Under the pieces are notes generated by a model. That model ran no database searches and was not told the DNA's origin. It worked only from the letters and a program-made list of their open reading frames with translations. This document shows positions 18,203 through 26,226 of a stretch of 40,630 nt of DNA, piece by piece. Made by a program: the position numbers and the translations under genes. Each line of letters begins with the position of its first letter. Position 1 is the stretch's first letter. Source of the DNA: Rickettsiales bacterium (GTDB lineage: Bacteria > Pseudomonadota > Alphaproteobacteria > Rickettsiales > UBA1997); the NCBI GenBank assembly GCA_016778745.1, contig JADHOZ010000002.1, positions 1 to 40,630 on the forward strand. Reading direction: 5' to 3'.

Positions 18203-18252
18203 TGTCGAATTGATGGGAGAAATATATTCATATGTCTCCCATCAATTCGACA
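18203..18252. repeat. Perfect 18-bp inverted repeat with a 14-nt spacer just after tRNA-Thr; possible bidirectional terminator or palindromic element
   Basis: TGTCGAATTGATGGGAGA (18203-20) and TCTCCCATCAATTCGACA (18235-52) are exact reverse complements. GTTTTGTT follows on the plus strand. The flanks 18181-18202 and 18253-18278 continue the symmetry imperfectly. Confidence 0.85.
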
Positions 18253-18343
18253 GTTTTGTTCAAAATTAGAAAAAATAAGTTTGATTTAGCTTTGTTCTTG
18301 GCTGTAATTCAGTTAAAATAAATTCAATTCTCCATTTAGGTAC

Positions 18344-19069
18344 ATGGTTATTAGATCTCTCATTTATTGGTTCGTGATCTGTTCAATTAGTGCTTGTGTT
18401 CCTATCGTTTTCTGTTTTGTTTTCTTCACTAAAAATACTAGATATGCTGACGCGATTTCTACTCAGTGGGTACGTCTTATTTTGTTTTTATTGAAGGTAA
18501 TATGCGGTATTGATCATAAAATTGAGGGTAGGGAAAATGTGCCGCAAGGACCCTGTATTATTGCTTCTAAACATCAATCAATGTGGGAGACGGTGGCGAT
18601 GGTGATTACGTTTAAAATGCCAGCACCAATTTATAAAAAAGAATTATTAATGGTGCCATTTTTTGGGTGGTTTTTATCAAGAACGAGTGCGATTAAAGTA
18701 GATAGAAAGGGGGGGGCAAAGTCGATTAAATCTATTATAAGTCAAGCAAGAAAGTGCATAAAAGATGGTAGAAAAATTATTATTTTTCCACAGGGAACGA
18801 GAGTTCCGCCAGAAGCGAGTTCAGAAGCATATAAATATCAAGCAGGAATTACTGCCCTTTATTTACATTGCAATGTCCCGGTGGTACCAGCGGTGTTGAA
18901 CTCGGGATTATATTGGGATAAGAAGAATCTTTTGAAAAAGAAAGGAACGATTACATTAAAATTTCTAGAGCCAATTCAGCCAGGGTTAGGTAAACAAGAA
19001 TTTATAAGTAAGCTCGAAGAAATGATAGAAAAAGAAACGAAAATGCTGCTGGAAAAAAGTGGTGCCTAG
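18344..19069 (+). CDS. plsC: 1-acyl-sn-glycerol-3-phosphate acyltransferase (lysophospholipid acyltransferase family)
   Basis: 241 aa with an N-terminal TM segment. The acyltransferase motifs are KHQSMWET (an HX4D/E-type block) and IIFPQGTR (FPEGTR block). Confidence 0.8.
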   Translation: MVIRSLIYWFVICSISACVPIVFCFVFFTKNTRYADAISTQWVRLILFLLKVICGIDHKIEGRENVPQGPCIIASKHQSMWETVAMVITFKMPAPIYKKELLMVPFFGWFLSRTSAIKVDRKGGAKSIKSIISQARKCIKDGRKIIIFPQGTRVPPEASSEAYKYQAGITALYLHCNVPVVPAVLNSGLYWDKKNLLKKKGTITLKFLEPIQPGLGKQEFISKLEEMIEKETKMLLEKSGA

Positions 19070-19135
19070 AGCCGGAATCGAACCAGCGACACAAGGATTT
19101 TCAGTCCTTTGCTCTACCAACTGAGCTATCTAGGC
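19060..19135 (-). tRNA. tRNA-Phe (anticodon GAA), CCA encoded
   Basis: The reverse complement folds as acceptor GCCTAGA/TCTAGGC, D-arm GCTC-AGTTGGTA-GAGC, anticodon stem AAGGA/TCCTT with loop CTGAAAA, and T-arm GCTGG-TTCGATT-CCGGC, then ACCA. Confidence 0.93.
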
Positions 19136-19218
19136 AAAAAGAAGAGCCGAATCATAAGAAAAGACTTTTATTTTGCAAGTATGTTAGCTTAAATTAATGA
19201 ATTATTAAATATAATGAC

Positions 19219-19326
19219 ATGGACTATTCAAATTATGTTATTGCTGCTTACTCACTGTCAACGCTAGTTTTAATGGCCTTGCTTGTAGTGGTTGTGTTGA
19301 AATATAAAAGAAAGGATGAGAAATAA
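19219..19326 (+). CDS. ccmD: Heme exporter protein D (CcmD), 35 aa; not in the ORF track
   Basis: My translation is MDYSNYVIAAYSLSTLVLMALLVVVVLKYKRKDEK. It is a single TM helix with a YV..AY start followed by a basic tail, as in CcmD. It overlaps the ccmE start (19316) by 11 nt. Confidence 0.65.
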   Translation: MDYSNYVIAAYSLSTLVLMALLVVVVLKYKRKDEK

Positions 19327-19759
19327 AAGAAAGCAAAAAAGAATAATATTTATCAGCTCAATTCTAGCAATTTCCTTGTTGTCCGTTATATTCATCATTA
19401 ATAATTTTCGTGACAACATCGTATTTTTCTATTCTCCAAGCGAAATTAAAACCACAGAGGTATTAAACAAAATACAAAATCGCCAAATTAGAGTGGGAGG
19501 TTTAGTTAAAGAAGATAGCATCCTTAAAATTGATGCCTCAACCACTATTTTCACAATCACCGATCTTGAAAATGATTTAGAAATTTTTTATCAAGGAATT
19601 GTGCCAGATTTATTTAGACAAGGGCAAGGGGTTGTCGCAAAAGGGAAGTATGACCACACCAAAAAGCAATTTGCTTCTCAAGAACTCTTGATAAAGCACG
19701 ATGAAAATTATATGCCGCCAGAAGTTAAAGATTCTTTAAAAAAATCTGGTTCTTATTAG
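19316..19759 (+). CDS. ccmE: Cytochrome c-type biogenesis heme chaperone CcmE
   Basis: 147 aa with an N-terminal TM anchor, an OB-fold region (IRVGGLV, QGQGVVAKG) and the heme-binding block LIKHDENYMPPEV. Confidence 0.9.
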   Translation: MRNKRKQKRIIFISSILAISLLSVIFIINNFRDNIVFFYSPSEIKTTEVLNKIQNRQIRVGGLVKEDSILKIDASTTIFTITDLENDLEIFYQGIVPDLFRQGQGVVAKGKYDHTKKQFASQELLIKHDENYMPPEVKDSLKKSGSY

Positions 19760-19971
19760 TTGAGGCTATCAATCGCTTGAATCTTTTCCTTAATTTTCTT
19801 CGTTAATTCTAAAACTTCATGTGAAATTCGTGGGTCAATCACGCCAACTTTAATGTTAGAAAACGCCATTAATTTATCTTCTTTGAAAACCCTTGATTCG
19901 GGAACATTGGTATCTGGACTAATAAAGTCGTCAATGCTGATACGGGTGCCTCTGAGTTTTTTATCCGACAT
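19756..19971 (-). CDS. Hypothetical 71-aa protein
   Basis: The ORF abuts the stop of the AI-2E gene with zero spacing and overlaps the convergent ccmE end by 4 nt. I recognise no family. It is reported only because of the tight coupling. Confidence 0.35.
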   Translation of the reverse strand: MSDKKLRGTRISIDDFISPDTNVPESRVFKEDKLMAFSNIKVGVIDPRISHEVLELTKKIKEKIQAIDSLN

Positions 19972-21030
19972 CTAGGTATATTTTTTTCTGTATTTTTCTA
20001 AGAAATATTTGGCAACGGTACTAATCACAGCAGTTAATGGAACGGCAAGGAATATACCGATAAAACCCAACCAAGTACCAAAAAAGAAAATACCAAATAT
20101 CACCCACACATCATGAACACCAATTTGTGACCCGATAAGTCTTGGCGTTAGGAAATTCCCCTCAACTAATTGCCCAACGACAAATATGGCGCCAACAATA
20201 GAATAATTGACAAAATCAGAGCCCCATTGGAAAATGGCGACGATTAAAGCAATGATGACGCCGATAAGCATTCCGATATAGGGAACGAAAGAAAATAGAC
20301 CCGTTAGAAGGCCGATAATGAAGCCAAATTTTAGGCCACTAAGGCTCAAGGCAAAAGCGTAGAAGGTGCCTAAAATTAGGCAAACATTAAATTGCCCCCT
20401 TAAATAGCTGGATAAAGTCCCGTCAATATCTCTGGATAATTCTTTAATTTCTTTGGAATAACTTTTGGGTAAATGCTTGTTTACATTTTTTGTTAAAGAA
20501 TCCCAATCTTTTAAAATATAAAATACCAAGATCGGCACAATGAATATCAAGGAAAAGATATTAACAATATTGAGAGTCGAAGAAACAATATTATTGGCAA
20601 AGTCATGAGACAGGTTAATGACGTTTTCTGCTAAATTTTCTTTAGCAAAGATATTGGCGCTTTTATAGTCAATTTCAAATCCAACACTATTAGCAAAATT
20701 GATGATTTTAGGATAAAAACTGCCAACCACCACTTCAAAATATAGGGGAACCAAAGAGGCAAACTCAACAAATTGTTTGTAAATTATTGGCAACAATAAA
20801 AAGAGGGTGGATAACAATATGAAATAAAAAGCTAGCAATATAAAAATAGAGCTTGCCGTTCTGGTTATATTATATTTATTTTTCAACCTAACGACAACAG
20901 GGTTTAAAAAATAAGATAAGAGAAGAGACGTTAAAAAAGGCATCAATATCGGCTGCGCTTTTATGAATAGAAATAAAAAAAGAAGCGTAGCGCCTATAAA
21001 AATAAAAAGATCTTTTTTACTATTTGTCAT
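19972..21030 (-). CDS. AI-2E family (PerM/YhhT-like) membrane transporter
   Basis: 352 aa with roughly 8 predicted TM segments. The C-terminal GFIGIFLAVPL block is typical of the family. Confidence 0.8.
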   Translation of the reverse strand: MTNSKKDLFIFIGATLLFLFLFIKAQPILMPFLTSLLLSYFLNPVVVRLKNKYNITRTASSIFILLAFYFILLSTLFLLLPIIYKQFVEFASLVPLYFEVVVGSFYPKIINFANSVGFEIDYKSANIFAKENLAENVINLSHDFANNIVSSTLNIVNIFSLIFIVPILVFYILKDWDSLTKNVNKHLPKSYSKEIKELSRDIDGTLSSYLRGQFNVCLILGTFYAFALSLSGLKFGFIIGLLTGLFSFVPYIGMLIGVIIALIVAIFQWGSDFVNYSIVGAIFVVGQLVEGNFLTPRLIGSQIGVHDVWVIFGIFFFGTWLGFIGIFLAVPLTAVISTVAKYFLEKYRKKYT

Positions 21031-21032
21031 AA

Positions 21033-22088
21033 TCAGTTAATTTGAAAAATATTGTCCCCAATTTGTTCAAAATCCAGGCCAATATTTTGGAAGTCCTGTA
21101 TTATGTTTTGCCCACTATATTTTAGCGAAATAACAGCCCACTCTGTAGAAATAGTTTTGATAGTGAAGTCGCTAATAATTCTGCTATCTTGTATTTTTTG
21201 TTTAACTTTAAGCCATCTTTCATAAGAGCCAGTTCGAACAATTACATCTTTAACGGCTGAGTCATGATTTCTAATTTCTTTACCATCAACAGATAATAAA
21301 TAATCAATTGTTTTATTAGCTACTTTGCTCATTAAATGATTTTGATTAATTGAGGCCGTATTAATGAAGCTTAATTTAATATTTTTCTTCTGATTTCTCT
21401 TAATTAAGTCAATATCAACAACTACTTTTTGATTTGTGACATCATTAAAAAATGAAATTAAATATATGCCATTAGCATTATATCGTAAAATTGTCGGTTC
21501 AAATCTTTTGAAATCTCTTTGATTTACGGCGTAGCTTGATATGGTTGATTTATTTTCAACATCTCCACTGACTACTAAAAATTTTTTATTTTGGGCTTCT
21601 AAAAATTTATCATCTATTGATTGAGAAATTGCCACTCTCCAGATATTGTCGCTTTCCCAAACCAAAGATTTATCACCAACTCTGGTAATCGGTAAAACTA
21701 AATAATTTTCTTCTAATTCGGTGGCTTCCAGGCGTTTTTTCTTAAGTAGGTATCGAATGTAATGTTGGTCATAGGTTATTTTAAAAAGCGCGGAATAATT
21801 GTTGCCGGCAATAACCTCGCTCTTCACTTGTTCAGATTTGACCGTTTCTTCTAAATCCTCGTTTGAAATGTCATCTAATATTGAGGGATCCAAGCGCATT
21901 CTTACAAATAATTCCTCCAAGCCCCTTCTTCTAGAATTATCAAATGCTTTATTTTTGGCATCATTAGGAGAGTCGCCAGAGCTATGAATTTGAATATCGT
22001 CAACAATATAGAGGTCATCATCATAAGCGAAAGAAGCTCCGCAAATAAGCCAAAAAACAAGATATGAAGCTAAAAAAAATCTCGACAT
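21033..22088 (-). CDS. Secreted hypothetical protein, DUF2066-like by size, signal peptide and genomic context
   Basis: I prefer the ATG at 22088 (MSRFFLASYLVFWLICGASFA signal peptide) over the TTG at 22118 used by the track. Its position between the AI-2E gene and the divergent purM matches an arrangement I recall for DUF2066 proteins. The family call is unverified. Confidence 0.45.
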   Translation of the reverse strand: MSRFFLASYLVFWLICGASFAYDDDLYIVDDIQIHSSGDSPNDAKNKAFDNSRRRGLEELFVRMRLDPSILDDISNEDLEETVKSEQVKSEVIAGNNYSALFKITYDQHYIRYLLKKKRLEATELEENYLVLPITRVGDKSLVWESDNIWRVAISQSIDDKFLEAQNKKFLVVSGDVENKSTISSYAVNQRDFKRFEPTILRYNANGIYLISFFNDVTNQKVVVDIDLIKRNQKKNIKLSFINTASINQNHLMSKVANKTIDYLLSVDGKEIRNHDSAVKDVIVRTGSYERWLKVKQKIQDSRIISDFTIKTISTEWAVISLKYSGQNIIQDFQNIGLDFEQIGDNIFQIN

Positions 22089-22162
22089 GTTCGAATATAT
22101 TTTATAAAATCCTCGCAACTGCTGACCTAATATCTAATTAGTATCTTAAATCGCAAGTATAA

Positions 22163-23152
22163 ATGTCTATAACTTACAAAAAATCTGGTGTTGATATCGC
22201 CGCTGGCAATAATCTAGTTGAAAAAATTAAGCCTTATGCAAAATCTACCGCCACTGCAGGCACTAGCTCCGACCTTGGTGGTTTCGGCGCGCTTTTTGAC
22301 TTAAAAAAATCTGGCTTCAAGGATCCAATTCTAGTTTCGGCAACCGATGGTGTTGGTACAAAATTAAAATTGGCTTTCGAGCTGAATATTCATGACACAA
22401 TAGGTATTGATCTTGTGGCAATGTCAGTAAATGATCTGGTTGTTCAAGGGGCAAGGCCATTATTTTTTTTAGATTATTACTCAACTTCAAAATTAGATGT
22501 TGATGTCGCTAGTGACGTGGTGAAAGGAATTGCATTGGGCTGTAAACAAGCGGGATGCGCATTAATTGGTGGTGAAACTGCCGAAATGCCAGGCATTTAT
22601 TCGGGTGGTGAATACGATTTGGCTGGCTTTGCGGTTGGTGCCGTTGAAAGAGATGACATTCTACCAAAACAAACCTTAAAAGGCGATGTTTTAATTGGTC
22701 TAAAATCAAATGGCCTTCATTCAAACGGCTTTTCTCTGGCTAGGTATATATTAAAAGAAAAAAACATTGAGCTATCTCAAAAATTATCGTCAAAAACAAT
22801 CGGTGAGTTATTATTAGAGCCAACCAGAATCTACGTAAAATCTTGTTTAGAAGCTGTAAAAACCGGCAAAGTAAAAGCAATGGCTCATATAACCGGTGGT
22901 GGTTTAATTGAAAATTTACCAAGAGTTTTATCTAAAGAAGTGGAAGCAAAAATAGATTATCATTCATGGCAGCCAAATGAAATTTTTGCATTTCTACAAA
23001 AAGAGGGAGGCGTTGCTGATGAAGAAATGTATCGTACTTTTAATTGCGGTATCGGTATGGTTTTGGTGGCTGACAAAAATGACGTAGATGAAGTAATACA
23101 TAACCTAAAAAATAGTGGTGAAGAAGCAATAGCAATAGGAGAATTAGCATGA
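22163..23152 (+). CDS. purM: Phosphoribosylformylglycinamidine cyclo-ligase (AIR synthetase)
   Basis: 329 aa with the blocks YKKSGVDI, GGFGALFDL, DGVGTK, DLVAMSVNDL and GGETAEMPG. Confidence 0.9.
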   Translation: MSITYKKSGVDIAAGNNLVEKIKPYAKSTATAGTSSDLGGFGALFDLKKSGFKDPILVSATDGVGTKLKLAFELNIHDTIGIDLVAMSVNDLVVQGARPLFFLDYYSTSKLDVDVASDVVKGIALGCKQAGCALIGGETAEMPGIYSGGEYDLAGFAVGAVERDDILPKQTLKGDVLIGLKSNGLHSNGFSLARYILKEKNIELSQKLSSKTIGELLLEPTRIYVKSCLEAVKTGKVKAMAHITGGGLIENLPRVLSKEVEAKIDYHSWQPNEIFAFLQKEGGVADEEMYRTFNCGIGMVLVADKNDVDEVIHNLKNSGEEAIAIGELA

Positions 23153-23952
23153 TAGATAGAAAAATATCCGTACATTTACAAGATTACCCAGACGTTTCTT
23201 ATTTTGATGATGAAACAGAACTAGTCTCAAACATGGATCTTGTTAGAAATATATGTTCAACAGCCCTTTCAATCAGAGATAATAAAAATTTAAGAGTAAG
23301 ACTACCCTTAGCATCTCTAAAAATAATTGGCCAAAATGCATCAAGAATTTTGCAATTTAAAGATATTATTGCTGATGAAGTAAATGTTAAATCAGTAAAA
23401 ACCGAAGAAGATTTTAGTGAATTAGCTGAGTTAAAGTTGCAAGTAAACTTTAAAAAAATTGGTGCCAAACATGGTCCGAAAATAAAAGATATTATTGCAG
23501 CAACAAAACAAGGAAATTGGCAAAAAAATGATCAAGGTCAAATTGAAGTGTGCGATGTTACGTTAGAAAAAGACGAATTTGAAATAAAATTAGAGCCAAA
23601 AAATCAAGGCGAAGAAAAGCACGCCTCATTAGCACTACCAACAAATGATTATTTGGTTCGCTTAGATATTGAGGTCACAAAAGAATTAGAAGATGAGGGA
23701 ATCGCTAGAGATATTATCCGCGCAATTCAGCAAAATCGAAAAGCAGCAGATTTAGATATTTCTGATAAAATCAATATTACTTTATTTAGCGAAGAAAACA
23801 GAGCAATAGAAGTGGCCAAATCATTTGAAAGCTACATTAAAGAACAAGTCCTTGCTAACAATATTGAATATGCAAGCAAATCTCCAGAAAAGACAGATAA
23901 ATATTTTGAAAATAAACTAGAAAATTCTGATCTAATAGTAGTAATAAACTAG
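23149..23952 (+). CDS. Stand-alone C-terminal (anticodon/tRNA-binding) module of a type-2 isoleucyl-tRNA synthetase, 267 aa; either a split gene or an intact remnant
   Basis: It begins a few residues before the type-2 IleRS landmark SVHLxxxP (ISVHLQDYP). It continues through VRLPLASL, DEVNVKSV, NFKKIGAKHG, LDIEVTKELEDEGIARDIIRAIQQNRKAADLDISDKI. No catalytic body (HIGH/KMSKS) lies upstream, where purM sits instead. The start overlaps the purM stop as ATGA. Confidence 0.7.
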   Translation: MIDRKISVHLQDYPDVSYFDDETELVSNMDLVRNICSTALSIRDNKNLRVRLPLASLKIIGQNASRILQFKDIIADEVNVKSVKTEEDFSELAELKLQVNFKKIGAKHGPKIKDIIAATKQGNWQKNDQGQIEVCDVTLEKDEFEIKLEPKNQGEEKHASLALPTNDYLVRLDIEVTKELEDEGIARDIIRAIQQNRKAADLDISDKINITLFSEENRAIEVAKSFESYIKEQVLANNIEYASKSPEKTDKYFENKLENSDLIVVIN

Positions 23953-24002
23953 AAAGCTTAAGGGAGGGGGGTTTGTAATCACCTCTTCATGTTCCAGGCT
24001 AA

Positions 24003-25028
24003 TTAAATCTTAAAATCTCCCCAAGGTGATCTGGGTGGTTGAGGGTCGTAATCATTTTCTTGAGGATGACTGCCTTCTTGAAAATCTTCTTCAAAATGTT
24101 TTTCTTCGAATCCCAAATCGTTATTATCACTGTCATTAACTCTAAAACTCCCAGAGTCATGAGCTCTTCTCGCCAATAAAGGTGTTAATTTTTGCAAATC
24201 CTCTCGAGGATTATTAGAAAATACTAAAGTATTAGAATCGGACTTGGCGGCATCTCTAATGGTGTCGCGATAATCAAGTGAAGCTAAAAATTCTAAAATA
24301 TATCTTGAACCAAGCTCTTTATCTTGGATTTCATGAAGTGCATCGGCAATACCTTTCGTAATCACTTTTCTTTGTACGGCATAAGATTCTGCCTTTAACT
24401 CTAAGCTTTTTGCTTCAGCTTCAGCTTCACCAATTAATAATGCTTTTTTAGCTTCTGCTTTATTTCTAGCGGCCTCAAGGTCTCTTTTTGAAGCAAGTAC
24501 GCTATTGTAAGAATTTTGCACTTCCCTGGAAGGCTCTGGCTCGTCAACCAAAACATCAACAATTTCAAAACCATAATCCGCGACTTTTTGCTCTAATTCT
24601 TTCATGACAAAATCAGCTAAGTCGCTTCTTTTTGTGTAAACTTCTTCTAAATCAAGACTAGCACCTTTAGATCTAATTAAGTTTAGGATAAAAGAATTAA
24701 TTTGAACTTCTGGATTATTTAATTTGTAGTAAGAATCAACTACTCTATCTGGCAAAACTCTAAGCTGAACTTTGACGGGAATTTTAACAAAAGCATTATC
24801 TTTAGTTTTAATACCAAGCTCATGAACTGTTTGAGAAATTCTTAAATTAACATGAGTAGCAATCAAACTAATAGGAGCAGGAAATTTAAAATTGAGACCT
24901 GCTTGAGCTACCCCAACAAACTTGCCAAATCTTTCAATGATTGCAACATTTTGCTGCCTAACAATAAAGACAACCCCAGTCGCAAAAGCAAGGGGTACCA
25001 GTACAATAATGGCTATTAATAATTCCAT
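24003..25028 (-). CDS. SPFH/band-7 (stomatin/HflK-C-like) membrane protein with an acidic low-complexity tail
   Basis: I prefer the ATG at 25028 (MELLIAIIVLVPLAF), which is preceded by GGAG 6 nt upstream; the track ORF starts at a TTG at 25082. The SPFH core is VRQQNVAIIERFGKF...VDEPEPS, followed by an Ala/Glu coiled coil. No NfeD partner gene is adjacent. Confidence 0.8.
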   Translation of the reverse strand: MELLIAIIVLVPLAFATGVVFIVRQQNVAIIERFGKFVGVAQAGLNFKFPAPISLIATHVNLRISQTVHELGIKTKDNAFVKIPVKVQLRVLPDRVVDSYYKLNNPEVQINSFILNLIRSKGASLDLEEVYTKRSDLADFVMKELEQKVADYGFEIVDVLVDEPEPSREVQNSYNSVLASKRDLEAARNKAEAKKALLIGEAEAEAKSLELKAESYAVQRKVITKGIADALHEIQDKELGSRYILEFLASLDYRDTIRDAAKSDSNTLVFSNNPREDLQKLTPLLARRAHDSGSFRVNDSDNNDLGFEEKHFEEDFQEGSHPQENDYDPQPPRSPWGDFKI

Positions 25029-25094
25029 AATGACTCCAAAAATCGTTAAAAATGAGTTGTAATCTTGGATAATAATCTTCAAAAAACAACTATT

Positions 25095-26162
25095 TTATTC
25101 GCTTTCTAATAGCCTTTTTGCTTCATCTTCCGATCTTAAAGCATTTACAAATTCATCTAATTCACCAATCATAATGTCATCAATTTTATAGCTCGTTAGA
25201 TTAATTCTGTGATCAGTCACGCGGCTTTGTGGAAAATTATAAGTTCTAATTCTCTCTGATCGATCGCCACTTCCAACTTGACCTTTCCTATTTGCAGATC
25301 TTTCTCTGTCGGCTTCTTCTCTTTTGGCATCATAAAGCCTTGAACGCAAAACTTTCATCGCTTTTTCTTTATTTTTAATCTGTGATTTTTCATCTTGCAT
25401 TGAAACGCTAATACCAGTTGGTAAATGTGTTATTCTAACTGCTGAATCTGTTGTGTTTACCGACTGACCGCCAGGGCCTGATGCCCTAAATACATCAATT
25501 CTTAGATCTTTTTCTTCTATTTTAATATCAATATCCTCCGCTTCTGGAAGTACGGCAACAGTTGCTGCTGATGTATGAACTCTGCCTTGATTTTCTGTTT
25601 CTGGCACTCTTTGCACCCTATGAACCCCAGATTCAAACTTCAATTTCGCAAACACATTGCGCCCAGAAATTAAGGCTGATGCGTCTTTGTAACCACCAAG
25701 GCCGGTATCTGAAATTGTTAAAATTTCAAATCTCCAGCCATTGTTTTCAGCGTATTTTTGATACATGGCAAATAATTTGTAGGCAAAAAGGGCGGCTTCT
25801 TCGCCACCAGTTCCGGCTCTAACTTCTAGGATGGCATTTTTTTCATCAGCTTCGTCTTTTGGGAGTAGCGCAATTTTAATTTTTTGCTCAAGCTTCGGTA
25901 ATTTTTTTTCTAGATCAAATTTTTCACTCTCCATCATTTCTTTCATCTCTTTATCATCAGTTTCTGGTAGCATTTCTTTGATGTCGTCCAGATCTTTTTT
26001 TGATTTTTGATAATCTTCAATAATTTCGACAACTGGCGATAAATCAGAATGTTCCTTCGAAACTTTGGCAAAATTTTGCCCTAGCGAAGATGGATCTTGA
26101 AGTTTTTGCTCTAAGGCTTTAAACTTGCCAACAATTCCTTCAAGCTTTTCGGTAAATGACAT
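25095..26162 (-). CDS. prfA: Peptide chain release factor 1
   Basis: 355 aa with the PET tripeptide ([14 protein letters not shown]) and GGQ ([18 protein letters not shown]). Confidence 0.95.
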   Translation of the reverse strand: MSFTEKLEGIVGKFKALEQKLQDPSSLGQNFAKVSKEHSDLSPVVEIIEDYQKSKKDLDDIKEMLPETDDKEMKEMMESEKFDLEKKLPKLEQKIKIALLPKDEADEKNAILEVRAGTGGEEAALFAYKLFAMYQKYAENNGWRFEILTISDTGLGGYKDASALISGRNVFAKLKFESGVHRVQRVPETENQGRVHTSAATVAVLPEAEDIDIKIEEKDLRIDVFRASGPGGQSVNTTDSAVRITHLPTGISVSMQDEKSQIKNKEKAMKVLRSRLYDAKREEADRERSANRKGQVGSGDRSERIRTYNFPQSRVTDHRINLTSYKIDDIMIGELDEFVNALRSEDEAKRLLESE

Positions 26163-26226
26163 CGAAATGAGTAAAAATAAGGTTAAAAAACGACTATTCT
26201 AGAGCTTCCAAACTTAAAAGACAACT

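Noticed and set aside
18100-19135. Genomic island or integrated element at the two tRNA genes
   Set aside because: There is no integrase, no direct repeat of a tRNA 3' end and no foreign-looking genes. Only plsC lies between the two tRNAs. Only the palindrome next to tRNA-Thr is kept as a finding.
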